A stretch of 64,000 nucleotides of DNA, from assembly GCA_963974055.1 (NCBI GenBank), contig CAXBCP010000024.1:4124-68123 (forward strand), in the 5' to 3' direction. Source of the DNA: an uncultured Rhodospirillaceae bacterium. Lineage in GTDB: Bacteria; Pseudomonadota; Alphaproteobacteria; MPNO01; UBA830. Within the stretch, counting starts at the first letter, position 1. Each line of letters opens with the position of its first letter. Below the pieces are notes generated by a model. It did no database searches and had not been told where the DNA came from. It worked only from the letters and a program-made list of their open reading frames with translations. The position numbers and the translations under genes were made by a program. Below are positions 8,924 to 19,040 of the stretch, piece by piece.

Positions 8924-10642
8924 TTGATTCACCAACGATATCCAGCTTCGGGATATTGCCGGACCTTGCTGATTGCCGGCATATGCGCCGTGATCTCCGC
9001 CTGTGCGGGCACCACCGAGATGCCGCGGCGGCATATGATTTCCACGGCCAATCCGCTGGCATCGGCGGCGGGACGCGACATTCTGCGGGCCGGCGGCAGC
9101 GCGGTCGACGCCGCGATCGCCGCCCAGGCGGTCCTGACCCTGGTGGAACCGCAAAGTTCAGGCATTGGCGGCGGCGCATTCCTGATGCATTTCCGAAAAT
9201 CCGCCCGCCGCGTCGAAGCCTATGACGGCCGCGAAACCGCGCCCACCGCCATCCGGCCGGACGTGTTCATGACCGCCGACGGCAAGCGCCGCAACTTTCG
9301 CGACGTCAGCACGGGCGGCGCGGCGGTCGGCGTGCCGGGAATCCTGCACATGCTCGCCATGGCCTATCGCGATCACGGCACGCTGCCCTGGGCGCGCCTG
9401 TTCGAACCCGCCATAGCGCTGGCGGAAAACGGCTTCGCGATATCGCCGCGGCTGCACGGCATGATCCGGGCCTCCAAAGACCTGAAAGATTTCCCGGCGG
9501 CACGGGCCTATTTCCTGACACCGGGCGGCGCCGCGAAACCGGCGGGGGCGATTCTCAGAAACCCGGCACTTGCCGATACCTACAAACGCATCGCCAGAGA
9601 CGGCGCAGCGGCGTTCTATGGCGGCGATATCGCCCGCGATATCTCGGCGGCGGTTTCCGGCGCGGCGCGCAACCCGGCGAAGATGACCGTTGACGATATC
9701 GCCGGCTACCGGGCGAAAAAACGCGGGGCAATCTGCCGTCCCTACCGGCAGTGGCGGCTCTGCGCGATGCCGCCGCCGACATCGGGCGGCATTACGACCC
9801 TGCAGATTCTCGGGCTGCTCGAACGGTTCGACATGGCGCGGATTGCGCCGTCTTCGGTCCAGGCGGTCCATTTGATCTCGGAGGCCAGCCGCCTCGCCTA
9901 TGCCGACCGGCGGCGCTATATCGGCGATCCGGATTTCGTGAGCGTGCCGGTGGACGGCCTGCTCGACCGCGACTACCTGCACCGGCGCGGCGCGCGGATT
10001 TCCGCCGGAGAGAGCCTCGGCGTCGTGACGCCGGGCCGCCCGCCCGGCAGCGATACGGCCCGGTTCGCGGACGACGACCGGGAAGGCTTCCCGTCGACAT
10101 CGCACCTGTCGGTGATCGACGGCGACGGCAATGCCGTCAGCATGACCACGACGATCGAGCGCGCCTTCGGCAGCCGGCTGATGGTGCGGGGTTTTCTGCT
10201 CAACAACCAGTTGACCGATTTCGCCTATATCCCGCGGCGCGGCGGGCGCACGGTTGCCAACGCGGTCGCCGCCGGCAAGCGGCCCCGCAGTTCCATGTCG
10301 CCGACCCTGGTATTCGATGCGGACGGCAAACTGTTCGCCACCGTCGGGTCGCCCGGCGGGTCGCGGATCATCGGCTATGTCGCGAAGACGCTGATCGGCC
10401 TGCTCGACTGGAATCTCAGCATGCAGGCGGCCATCGACCTGCCCAACCACATCAACCGCAACGGCGCGACCGAGCTGGAGAAAAACACCATGCTGACCGG
10501 CCATGCCGACGCGCTCCGCCGACGGGGACACAAGATCCGCCTGGGATCCCTGGTGAGCGGCCTGCACGGCATCCGCGTAACCCCCGGCGGCTACGACGGC
10601 GGCGCCGACAGACGGCGCGAGGGCGTGGCCCTTGGGGATTGA
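8924..10642 (+). CDS. ggt: Gamma-glutamyltransferase (probable lipoprotein)
   Basis: GGSAVDAAIA, EPQSSGIGGG, DGRETAP, nucleophile TSHLSVID, LNNQLTDF, KRPRSSMSP, GSPGGSRI. Lipobox ISAC. Confidence 0.95.
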   Translation: MIHQRYPASGYCRTLLIAGICAVISACAGTTEMPRRHMISTANPLASAAGRDILRAGGSAVDAAIAAQAVLTLVEPQSSGIGGGAFLMHFRKSARRVEAYDGRETAPTAIRPDVFMTADGKRRNFRDVSTGGAAVGVPGILHMLAMAYRDHGTLPWARLFEPAIALAENGFAISPRLHGMIRASKDLKDFPAARAYFLTPGGAAKPAGAILRNPALADTYKRIARDGAAAFYGGDIARDISAAVSGAARNPAKMTVDDIAGYRAKKRGAICRPYRQWRLCAMPPPTSGGITTLQILGLLERFDMARIAPSSVQAVHLISEASRLAYADRRRYIGDPDFVSVPVDGLLDRDYLHRRGARISAGESLGVVTPGRPPGSDTARFADDDREGFPSTSHLSVIDGDGNAVSMTTTIERAFGSRLMVRGFLLNNQLTDFAYIPRRGGRTVANAVAAGKRPRSSMSPTLVFDADGKLFATVGSPGGSRIIGYVAKTLIGLLDWNLSMQAAIDLPNHINRNGATELEKNTMLTGHADALRRRGHKIRLGSLVSGLHGIRVTPGGYDGGADRRREGVALGD

Positions 10643-10650
10643 ACCGGCAT

Positions 10651-11502
10651 ATGAGTAACGCGGCGAAAGGTGCGCTATGGATGATCGCGGCAGCGGGAGC
10701 GCTGACCGCGATGGCGGTCTGCATCCGCTATCTGCCCGCCTATTCGGTTCTGCTGATGATTTTCCTGCGCAACGTGATCAACCTGGTCCTGATGGCGCCG
10801 TCGCTTCTCCGCCAGGGCACCCAGATGGTCAAAACCGGACGTCTCGGCACCCATGCGCTGCGCAATGCGTTTCTCTATGGCGGCAATGTCGCGTGGTTTT
10901 ACGGCGTAACGCTGATCGCGCTTGCCGATGTCGCGTCGCTGCAGTTCACATCGCCCCTGTTCACCGCCCTGATCGCCGCGGCGTTTCTCGGCGAGCGGAT
11001 CGGCGGCCACCGCCTGATCGCCATCGTCGTCGGATTCGCAGGCGCGCTGATCATCATCCGGCCCGGCGTTATCCCGATCAATCTCGGCACCGTCATGATC
11101 CTGATCGCGGCATTCCTGTATTCCTGCGCCCATGTAGTGACCAAGCGGCTGTCGGACACCGAATCAGGCTCGACGGTCGTGTTCTACATGAGCGTCACGA
11201 TCCTGGTCTATTCGGCGATCCCGGCGTTTTTCGTGTGGCAGACCCCGGCCTGGGCCGACATGCCAGCCATGATCGGCCTCGGCATCACCGGGTATGCGAC
11301 GCATTACTGCATCACCCGCTCGCTGGCGAAGGGGGATGCGAGCTTCGTGATCGCCTTCGATTTCATGCGCCTGCCGTTTTCGGCGATCCTGGGCTGGCTG
11401 CTGTTCCGCGAAATTCTCGACATCTGGACCTGCGCCGGGGCGCTGATCATCTTCGCCGCCGGGTATTACAGCACGGTCAGCGAGGCGAAAAAGACGGGAT
11501 AG
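10651..11502 (+). CDS. DMT/EamA-family transporter
   Basis: About 10 TM segments, FTSPLF...FLGERIG, PFSAILGWLLFRE. Real start is MSNAAKG at 10651; the track ORF from 9751 is an over-extension. Confidence 0.9.
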   Translation: MSNAAKGALWMIAAAGALTAMAVCIRYLPAYSVLLMIFLRNVINLVLMAPSLLRQGTQMVKTGRLGTHALRNAFLYGGNVAWFYGVTLIALADVASLQFTSPLFTALIAAAFLGERIGGHRLIAIVVGFAGALIIIRPGVIPINLGTVMILIAAFLYSCAHVVTKRLSDTESGSTVVFYMSVTILVYSAIPAFFVWQTPAWADMPAMIGLGITGYATHYCITRSLAKGDASFVIAFDFMRLPFSAILGWLLFREILDIWTCAGALIIFAAGYYSTVSEAKKTG

Positions 11503-11538
11503 ATATCTTCGCGCCCGGATTGGCTGTAGACTGCCGGC

Positions 11539-12771
11539 ATGAATGATATTGCAGATACCGCACCGCCCGAAACCGGCGCTGCCCCCACCGACCGCCCGGT
11601 TATCCGGGTCTCCCCCGGACGCCAGAAACGCGTGCGCGCCGGCCACCCCTGGGTGTTTTCCAACGAGATCGAGATGACGCCGGAAGCCAAGGCGCTGCCG
11701 CGCGGCACCGTGGTCGATGTGGTCGATGCCGCCGGCAGCGCCATCGGCACGGCGATCTTCAACCCCAATACGCTGATCAGCGCGCGGCTGCTGACATCCC
11801 ATTCCTTTGCCGACATCGACGCGGACTGGCTGGCGGCGAAGATCGTGCGCGCCGCCGCCCTGCGCGACCGTCTCTACGACCGGCCGTTTTACCGCCTGGT
11901 CCATGCCGAGGCCGACGGCCTGCCCGGCCTGATCGTCGACCGTTACGGCGATGCCTGCGTGGTCCAGATCAATACCGCCGGGATGGAACTGCTGGTCGCC
12001 GACATCGTCGCCGCCCTGCAGCAGGCAATCGCGCCGACCGGAATCGTGCTGCAGCGGGACAGCGCCGCACGGCATCTTGAAGGGTTGCCGGATGCGGCGC
12101 CGGAAATCGTCGGCAGCGTCCCGTCGCCCGCGCATCTCACCGAAAACGGGGTCGGCTTCCTCGCCGATCTTTCCGAGGGCCAGAAGACCGGCTGGTTTTA
12201 CGATCACCGCGAAAACCGCGCCCGGATAGCCGCTCTTTCCGGCGGCCGGCGTGTTGCCGACGTCTACAGCTATCTCGGCGGGTTCGGCCTGCAGGCCGCG
12301 GCAGCGGGCGCGTCGGACGTGGTCTGTATCGACCGCTCCGAGCCGGCGCTCGACCTCGCGGCGCAGGCCGCAAAAGCCGCCGGGCTCGGCGACATCGCCC
12401 GGTTCGAGAAATCCGAAGCCTTCGCCGCGCTCGAGGCGCTGTCCGACGCGAAGGAGAAATTCGGCGTGGTCATCGCCGACCCGCCCGCCTTCGTGAAATC
12501 GAAGAAGGATCTGAAACCGGGCGCGCGCGGCTATCGCAAGCTGACCCGTATGGCGGCGAAGATCGTCGAACACGAAGGCATTCTGTGCGTCGCGTCGTGT
12601 TCGCATCACATGCCGATGGATGTCTATGCCGAACAGGTCCGGCGCGGCGTTCACGATGCCGGGCGCACGGGCCGTATTCTGCATATCGACGGCGCCGGCC
12701 CGGACCACCCGGTGCATCCGCACCTGCCGGAAAGCGCCTATCTGAAATGTCTGCTGCTGCAGCTGGACTGA
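11539..12771 (+). CDS. rlmI: RlmI-like class I SAM-dependent rRNA methyltransferase
   Basis: GHPWVFSNE, EADGLPGLIVDRY, GQKTGWFYDHREN, DPPAF, SCSHH, DHPV...YLK. Confidence 0.88.
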   Translation: MNDIADTAPPETGAAPTDRPVIRVSPGRQKRVRAGHPWVFSNEIEMTPEAKALPRGTVVDVVDAAGSAIGTAIFNPNTLISARLLTSHSFADIDADWLAAKIVRAAALRDRLYDRPFYRLVHAEADGLPGLIVDRYGDACVVQINTAGMELLVADIVAALQQAIAPTGIVLQRDSAARHLEGLPDAAPEIVGSVPSPAHLTENGVGFLADLSEGQKTGWFYDHRENRARIAALSGGRRVADVYSYLGGFGLQAAAAGASDVVCIDRSEPALDLAAQAAKAAGLGDIARFEKSEAFAALEALSDAKEKFGVVIADPPAFVKSKKDLKPGARGYRKLTRMAAKIVEHEGILCVASCSHHMPMDVYAEQVRRGVHDAGRTGRILHIDGAGPDHPVHPHLPESAYLKCLLLQLD

Positions 12772-12892
12772 CGCGGCAGGACCTGTCCCCCCGGCCTGGT
12801 CGGTGGGTGCGTATTTCTGGACCGCACCCCTTTTCCTGACGCCGAATAGGGGCTATCGAATTCGCAACGGATCAACGGGAGAAATCGGAAAC

Positions 12893-13519
12893 ATGCTGAA
12901 AATTCTGGGACGGGCGACATCGTCCAATGTGCAGAAAGTCGTCTGGCTGTGCGAAGAGCTGGATATTCCTTACGATCGTACCGATATCGGCGGGCCGTTC
13001 GGCGGCAACGACCAGCCGGAATACCTGGCGCTGAACCCGAACGGCGTCGTGCCGACGATCGACGATGACGGGTTCATCCTGTGGGAATCGAATTCCATCG
13101 TCCGCTATCTCGCCGAAAAACACGCCAAGGGGTCGCAATTCTATCCGGACGACCTTCAGGCACGCGCCAGCGCCGGCCGCTGGATGGACTGGACGCTGTC
13201 GATCCTGTCGCCACGCCATGTGCCGGTGTTCCAGGGGCTGATCCGCACCGCCGAAGCCGACCGCGACTACGACAAGATCAACGCCGCCCGCGACCTGTGG
13301 GCGAAAGCGAACGGCGCGCTGGAAAGCTGGCTGGAAACCCACGAATACCTGTCCGGCGACACGTTCGGCATCGGCGACATTCCCGCCTCGCCGTTTACCT
13401 ATCGCTGGTTCAACCTCGATATCGAACGCGAGGAATTCCCGCACCTGAAACGCTGGCACGACACCGTCTGCGCCCGCCCGGCGTTCAAGAAGAACATCAT
13501 CGATCTCGGACTGAGCTGA
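12893..13519 (+). CDS. Glutathione S-transferase (GstB-like)
   Basis: MLKILGRATSSNVQKV, LNPNGVVPTI, LWESNSIVRYL, RWMDW. Confidence 0.93.
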   Translation: MLKILGRATSSNVQKVVWLCEELDIPYDRTDIGGPFGGNDQPEYLALNPNGVVPTIDDDGFILWESNSIVRYLAEKHAKGSQFYPDDLQARASAGRWMDWTLSILSPRHVPVFQGLIRTAEADRDYDKINAARDLWAKANGALESWLETHEYLSGDTFGIGDIPASPFTYRWFNLDIEREEFPHLKRWHDTVCARPAFKKNIIDLGLS

Positions 13520-13535
13520 TCGTGAATGCCGCCTG

Positions 13536-13568
13536 CCCTCTCCCCCCGCGGGGAGAGGGTTTTATTTT
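13536..13568 (+). terminator. Rho-independent terminator
   Basis: CCCTCTCCCC-CCGC-GGGGAGAGGG followed by TTTTATTTT. Confidence 0.75.
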
Positions 13569-13579
13569 GAGGTAACGAC

Positions 13580-14458
13580 ATAGCAACCGCCGCATCGCCC
13601 ACCAACAACACGCTGCGCGGCATCGGCTTCATGCTGATCGCGGTCGCCGTGTGGTCGACCATGATGGTCCTGGTGAAATCGCTGTCGGCGGATTACACGT
13701 CCTTCCAGATACTGTTTATCCGCACGCTGGTCGGTCTTGCGGTTCTGGCGCCGATGATGCGGCGCAGCGGCTTCGCAACCCTGCGCACGCGTCGCCTGCC
13801 GCTGCATCTCTCGCGCGGGATATTCGCCTATTTCGGCATGCTGGGGCTGTTTATCGGCATCAGCGAGATCCCGATCGCCCAGGTCGTATCGCTCAGCTTT
13901 ACCCAGCCGATCTTCATCTGCCTGCTGGCGGCGGTCCTGCTCGGCGAACGGTTCAACGCCGTCCGCGTCGCCGCCATTGTCGGCGGGTTCGCCGGCGTGC
14001 TGGTCATCCTGCGGCCCGGGTTTATCGAGATCGGGTTCGGATCCGCCGTGGTTCTTGGCGGCGCGATGTCCTATGCCGTCTCGAATGTCTGCATCAAAAA
14101 GCTGATGACGACCGAATCCGTCGCGGCGACGACGATCTGGGTGAATATCCTGATGTGCCCGCTGGCCGGCATTCCGGCGGCGTTTTACTGGGTGACGCCC
14201 AGTCTGCCCGACCTCGCCCTGCTTGTCGGCGTCGGAATCACCGGCACGGCGGGCATCTGGTTCATCTCCCGCGCCTATGCGCTGGCCGATATGAGCGCCG
14301 TTGTGCCGTTCGATTTCCTGCGCCTGCCCATCGTCGCCACTGCGGGGTGGCTGTGGTTCAGCGAGACCACGGATATGTGGACATATGCCGGCGCTGCCAT
14401 AATTTTTGCGAGCACCTACGCCCTGGCGAAATCCGAGACGCGGCGGTCAACGCGCTGA
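13580..14458 (+). CDS. DMT/EamA-family transporter (probable ATA start)
   Basis: EamA motifs FTQPIF, LLGERF, PFDFLRLP. First ATG is at 13631, but the frame is open from ATA at 13580, which follows a GAGGT RBS. Confidence 0.88.
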   Translation: MATAASPTNNTLRGIGFMLIAVAVWSTMMVLVKSLSADYTSFQILFIRTLVGLAVLAPMMRRSGFATLRTRRLPLHLSRGIFAYFGMLGLFIGISEIPIAQVVSLSFTQPIFICLLAAVLLGERFNAVRVAAIVGGFAGVLVILRPGFIEIGFGSAVVLGGAMSYAVSNVCIKKLMTTESVAATTIWVNILMCPLAGIPAAFYWVTPSLPDLALLVGVGITGTAGIWFISRAYALADMSAVVPFDFLRLPIVATAGWLWFSETTDMWTYAGAAIIFASTYALAKSETRRSTR

Positions 14459-14478
14459 CCGCCGCGAACCCGGTCGCA

Positions 14479-14760
14479 TCAGTCGGTGCGGCTGGTCACT
14501 TCGAGCAGGTGATAGCCGAACTGGGTTTTTACCGGGCCCTGGACTTCGTTTACCGGGGCGCTGAAGACGACCTGATCGAATTCCGGCACCATCTGGCCGG
14601 GACCGAACGAACCGAGGGCGCCGCCATTTGCGCCTGACGGGCAGGAAGAATGTTCTTTCGCGATGTCGCCAAAATCGGCGCCGTCGGCGATCCTGGTTTT
14701 GAGGTCCGCGCAAAGTTCCTCGGTTTCAACCAGAATATGTCTCGCTTCGGCCTGGGCCAT
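14479..14760 (-). CDS. ppiC: Parvulin-type peptidyl-prolyl isomerase
   Basis: [39 protein letters not shown]. 93 aa. Confidence 0.93.
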   Translation of the reverse strand: MAQAEARHILVETEELCADLKTRIADGADFGDIAKEHSSCPSGANGGALGSFGPGQMVPEFDQVVFSAPVNEVQGPVKTQFGYHLLEVTSRTD

Positions 14761-14852
14761 TAATCTTCTCCTGAATAACTGCTGATCTGTTGTCTCTGCG
14801 CACGTTCTAACCCGTCCGCGCCACCGCGTCTAATCCTGCGGAACAGGCGTCC

Positions 14853-16067
14853 TCAAATAATCCCCCGGTCCAGTAAGGCCGCGATCTCGTCCGGCGAATT
14901 TCCGGCGAGCCGGCCCCAGACATATTCGTTGTGTTCTCCCAGCGCCGGACCGGTGTGGCGCACCGTCCCCTGGGTTTGGGACAGGCGGGGGGCGACATTC
15001 TGCATCGCGACATTGCCGAATTCCGGGTGATCGACGCGGACGATGCTGTCGCGGGCCTGAAACTGCGGATCTTCAAGCATCTCCGGCGCCCGGAAAATCT
15101 TGCCGTTGGGAATGCCGTGTTCGTGAAGCAGTTCTTCGAGGTCCGCCACCGCGAAGCCCCGGGTCCAGTCGGATATCAGTTCGTCCAGTTCGAGCTGGTT
15201 TATCCCCCGTGCGCCGTGGGTGGCATAGCGCTCATCGGCGGCAAGTTCCGGCCGGCCCATCGCTTCGGCCATGCGCGCCCACACCGAATCCTGGTTGGCG
15301 CCGATCACCAGCCAGACGTCGTCCTTCGTGGGATAGACGTTCGACGGCGCGATCTTCGGCAGGAACGAGCCCGTGCGTTCGCGGATATAGCCGCCGACGT
15401 CATATTCGGTAACGGTGTTTTCCATCATGTTGAGAACGGATTCATAGATCGACGCGTCGATAACCTGCCCCCTGCCGGTCAGGTGGACCTGATGCAACGC
15501 CATCATCGCCCCAAGGCATGCATGGGTCGCCGCCAGCGAATCGCCGATCGATATCCCGGCCCGACTCGGCGGCAGGGACGGATCGCCCGTCGTGTAGCGA
15601 AGCCCCCCCATTGCCTCGCCGATGGCGCCGTAGCCGGCGCGCTTCGCATAGGGTCCGGTTTGGCCGAAGCCGGACACCCGGACCATGATCAGCTTCGGAT
15701 TGATCGCCGACAGTTCGTCATAACCGAGGCCCCAGCGCTCCATGGTGCCGGGGCGGAAATTCTCGACCAGGATATCGGCGCCTTCGACCAGTTTTTTCAC
15801 CAGCGCCTGGCCGTCGGCTTCCCGCGCGTTCAGGGTCGCGGACAGCTTGTTGCGGGCCAGTACCGGCCAGAACAGCGCTTTTCCGTGCGGCTTTTCCTTG
15901 CCCCATTCGCGCATCGGGTCGCCGATTCCGGGCTGTTCCAGCTTGATCACCTCGGCGCCGTGATCGGCGAGCAACTGGCCGCAGAACGGGCCCGCGATCA
16001 TGGTGCCCATTTCGATTACGCGAATATCGCTCAGCGGTCCCCTGCGGGGGGCGGATTCGGTACCCAT
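14853..16067 (-). CDS. Family III (CaiB/BaiF) CoA-transferase
   Basis: IAGPFCGQLLAD, ARNKLS, ENFRPGTME, SGFGQTGPY, catalytic IGDS region, GPALGEHN. Confidence 0.93.
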   Translation of the reverse strand: MGTESAPRRGPLSDIRVIEMGTMIAGPFCGQLLADHGAEVIKLEQPGIGDPMREWGKEKPHGKALFWPVLARNKLSATLNAREADGQALVKKLVEGADILVENFRPGTMERWGLGYDELSAINPKLIMVRVSGFGQTGPYAKRAGYGAIGEAMGGLRYTTGDPSLPPSRAGISIGDSLAATHACLGAMMALHQVHLTGRGQVIDASIYESVLNMMENTVTEYDVGGYIRERTGSFLPKIAPSNVYPTKDDVWLVIGANQDSVWARMAEAMGRPELAADERYATHGARGINQLELDELISDWTRGFAVADLEELLHEHGIPNGKIFRAPEMLEDPQFQARDSIVRVDHPEFGNVAMQNVAPRLSQTQGTVRHTGPALGEHNEYVWGRLAGNSPDEIAALLDRGII

Positions 16068-16157
16068 TTTAAAGTCACGTCCCTGTTTCCGGTTATTTTC
16101 GGCGGCAGGATCGCCGACGGGTCTGGACGGGTCAAGCCGCGCGGGCGATAACCCCGC

Positions 16158-17399
16158 ATGGCAGATGGCAGCGACGCCGGCACCTCATCCGGGGAAATCC
16201 GGTCACACACACAATGGCCGATCGTTTGGGTCGCGTTCGGCGCGGGCATCGTGGCCGCGACCCATATCGGCAAGCTGCCGCCGGCCCTGCCGGAAATCCG
16301 CGTGGCGCTCGACGCCGGCCTGGTGACAGGCGGATGGATCGCCTCGATGATCTCCTGCACCGGGTTCGCGCTCGGCCTCTTCTCGGGTGCCGTCGCGGAC
16401 CGGATCGGTCAGCGGACCGTGTTGTTATCGGGACTTGCCGTCATGACTGCCGCCAGCCTGATGGGAGCATTCGCGCTGTCGGGCGAGATGATGCTGATAT
16501 CGCGGTTTTTCGAGGGGCTGGGGTTTACCGCCGCGACGATCTCCGGCGCCGGGATGATTTCCCACGTCACCGCCGATGAAGACCGCAAATGGGCGCTCGG
16601 CGTCTGGTCGTCATACGTGCCGGTTGGATTTTCCGCCATGCTGATTGCCGCCGCACTGATCCTAGAAACATGGGACTGGCGGACGCTCTGGATCGGGAGC
16701 AGCGCGGTCACGGTCGTCTGGGCCGGGGTCGTTTACCGCGTCACCGCCGGCTGGCAACCGCGCCGGCAAAGCGGGGTCGCCGTCAATTCGATGCTGCGCA
16801 ACGTGACGCTCTGCCTGTCGAAACGCGGGGCCGTGCTGGTTGCGGCCTGTTTCGCGCTCTATGCGGCACAGCATATTTCCATGATGGCGTGGTTGCCGAC
16901 CTATATGCACGACGTATACGGATCCGACAGGCTTGCCGCCGCCACGCTGCCGGCGATCGTGTTGCTGTTCAATGCCGGCGGCAACTGGCTGTCCGCCTGG
17001 GCGATGGGGCGCGGTATGACGACATGGTCGCTGCTGGCCCTCGGCGCGGCCGGGATGGGACTGACCCAGATCGGCATTTTCTCCGCCGTGCTGCCCGATA
17101 CGGCCCGTCTGGCCTTTGCAGTGCTGTTCGGCATCTTCGGCGGCATGGTGCCGGCCGCCGCCCTCGGCTCGGTCGCGATCTACACCCCGTCGCCGTCGCA
17201 GATCGGCACGATGAACGGCCTTATGGTGATGGGAACCAATACCGGGATGCTGTTCGGCCCGCCGGCCATCGCCGCCGTCCGTGCGGCCACCGGAAACTGG
17301 CACGATATCGTGTGGCTGGTGGGCGCAATGGCAGGCGCCGGGCTGATCTGCGCAATGCTGTCACGCGCATCGGAACGGCGTGCCAACGGACCGAAATAA
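16158..17399 (+). CDS. MFS transporter (CynX-like)
   Basis: About 12 TM segments, GAVADRIGQR motif A, SRFFEGLG. Confidence 0.88.
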   Translation: MADGSDAGTSSGEIRSHTQWPIVWVAFGAGIVAATHIGKLPPALPEIRVALDAGLVTGGWIASMISCTGFALGLFSGAVADRIGQRTVLLSGLAVMTAASLMGAFALSGEMMLISRFFEGLGFTAATISGAGMISHVTADEDRKWALGVWSSYVPVGFSAMLIAAALILETWDWRTLWIGSSAVTVVWAGVVYRVTAGWQPRRQSGVAVNSMLRNVTLCLSKRGAVLVAACFALYAAQHISMMAWLPTYMHDVYGSDRLAAATLPAIVLLFNAGGNWLSAWAMGRGMTTWSLLALGAAGMGLTQIGIFSAVLPDTARLAFAVLFGIFGGMVPAAALGSVAIYTPSPSQIGTMNGLMVMGTNTGMLFGPPAIAAVRAATGNWHDIVWLVGAMAGAGLICAMLSRASERRANGPK

Positions 17400-17442
17400 C
17401 CGTAAGATAGCCGCTCGCGAGAGACCTGAAGGAAAGACAGCC

Positions 17443-18363
17443 ATGGCCAGCGCCAAACGCAGCGTGGAAATTATCGACGTCGGCCCGCGCGACGGATTGC
17501 AGAACGAACCGGCGATTCTGGACATTGCGACAAAGGTCGATTTCATCGCGCGCCTCGCCGATGCCGGCGTAAAGCGGATGGAAGCGGTCAGCTTCGTCAA
17601 CCCCAAGCGCGTCCCCCAGATGGCGGATGCCGAGGAGGTACTGGCAGCCCTGCCCGCCGACGACGGCGTGACCTATATCGGGCTGGTGCTGAACCGGCGC
17701 GGGCTCGACCGCGCCCTGGCGGCAGGCTGCAAGGAGGTCAATTACGCACTGGTCGCCTCCGACACGTTCAGTCAGAAAAACCAGGGAACGACGATCGAAC
17801 AGGCCGTGGACGTGTATGAGGACATCGCGGCCGCCGCGAAAGACGCCGGCGTGCGGTGCTCGTTGACGATATCGACCGCCTTTGGGTGCCCGTTCCAGGG
17901 CGAAGTGCCGCCGGAACGCGTGATCGGGCTGGTCGAGCGCTGCGCCGGAAACGATACGTTCGAGATCGCGCTGGCCGACACGATCGGCTGCGCCGTACCG
18001 AACCAGGTCGCCGATCTGTTTGGCGCGGTAATGGAAACGGCGCCCGCCGCACGGTTCCGGGCGCATTTTCACAACACCCGCAATACCGGCCTTGCGAATT
18101 GCTATGCGGCGGTGGAGGCCGGGGTCCAGTCGATCGATGCCTCGGCGGGCGGGATCGGCGGTTGTCCGTTTGCGCCGCGCGCCACCGGCAATGTGCCGTC
18201 GGAGGACCTGGTCTACATGCTGGAGCGGATGGGGATCGAAACCGGCATCGATATCGACAAGCTGATCGCCACGGGCGAATGGATCGGCGAACGGCTCGGC
18301 CATGCCGTGCCGGCGATGATCGGCAAGGCCGGCGTATTTCCGCCCCCGGAACTGCGCGCCTGA
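17443..18363 (+). CDS. Hydroxymethylglutaryl-CoA lyase family (DRE-TIM metallolyase)
   Basis: VGPRDGLQNE, SFVNPKRVPQMAD, LADTIG, HFHNTRNTG, GGCPFAPRATGN. Confidence 0.92.
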   Translation: MASAKRSVEIIDVGPRDGLQNEPAILDIATKVDFIARLADAGVKRMEAVSFVNPKRVPQMADAEEVLAALPADDGVTYIGLVLNRRGLDRALAAGCKEVNYALVASDTFSQKNQGTTIEQAVDVYEDIAAAAKDAGVRCSLTISTAFGCPFQGEVPPERVIGLVERCAGNDTFEIALADTIGCAVPNQVADLFGAVMETAPAARFRAHFHNTRNTGLANCYAAVEAGVQSIDASAGGIGGCPFAPRATGNVPSEDLVYMLERMGIETGIDIDKLIATGEWIGERLGHAVPAMIGKAGVFPPPELRA

Positions 18364-18389
18364 TTTCCGTCCCGGCCGTCAGTCGGCGG

Positions 18390-18947
18390 TCAGGAAATCG
18401 CGCCGCTATAATTGCCGTCTTCGCCGGGCGGATTCGAGAACGGCGGCCACACGGCGGCATCGCCCAGTTCGCGCCAGTGTTCGAGCGCCCACCTGACCGA
18501 CGGAAAAGCAATCTCTCCCCACGGAATATCGTCCCAGTCGAACAGATCGAGTTCCAGCGTTTCCTCGCCGATGCCGAACGCGCCGTCGCGGACGGTCGCC
18601 CGGTAAATCAACTGGACCTGACTGATCCGCGGGATGGTGTAGAGCCCGATCAGGCCGTCGATCACGATATCCGCGCAGGCTTCTTCCTTCGCTTCGCGGG
18701 CGGCGCCGGCCTCGGCGGTTTCGTTGAGTTCCATGAAACCGGCCGGGATTGTCCACAGACCGCGCTGCGGATGTATCGCGCGCCGGCACAGCAACACCCT
18801 GCCCTGCCAGCTGCACACGGCGCCGACGACGATTTTCGGGTTTTCGTAATTTATGAAACCGCAATCGGGGCACACCAGGCGTTCCCGGTTGTCCCCTTCG
18901 GGGATATGGCGGACCGTCGGCCCGCCGGGAGAATTTTTCTCTGACAT
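18390..18947 (-). CDS. NUDIX hydrolase with N-terminal zinc-ribbon-like element
   Basis: CPDCGFINYENPK, Nudix box PAGFMELNETAEAGAAREAKEE. Confidence 0.92.
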   Translation of the reverse strand: MSEKNSPGGPTVRHIPEGDNRERLVCPDCGFINYENPKIVVGAVCSWQGRVLLCRRAIHPQRGLWTIPAGFMELNETAEAGAAREAKEEACADIVIDGLIGLYTIPRISQVQLIYRATVRDGAFGIGEETLELDLFDWDDIPWGEIAFPSVRWALEHWRELGDAAVWPPFSNPPGEDGNYSGAIS

Positions 18948-19040
18948 TCCGTCAACATGTGATGCAGACGATCTGCGGGCAAGAAAAATCAGGGCCGCAT
19001 AGAGCTGTATAAATAGCGGGAACGGAGAACTGCGACGCGA

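Noticed and set aside
9751-10650. Apparent N-terminal extensions in the ORF track (9751-11502, 34855-36042, 60165-61727, 45119-45775, 39733-40902)
   Set aside because: The extensions overlap upstream genes and are mostly Arg/Pro-rich noise. Better starts with an RBS or stop-start overlap lie downstream, so these are not fusions.
12805-12830. GGGTGCG...CGCACCC inverted repeat as a REP element
   Set aside because: Only one copy noticed and the arms are short. A genome-wide search would be needed.
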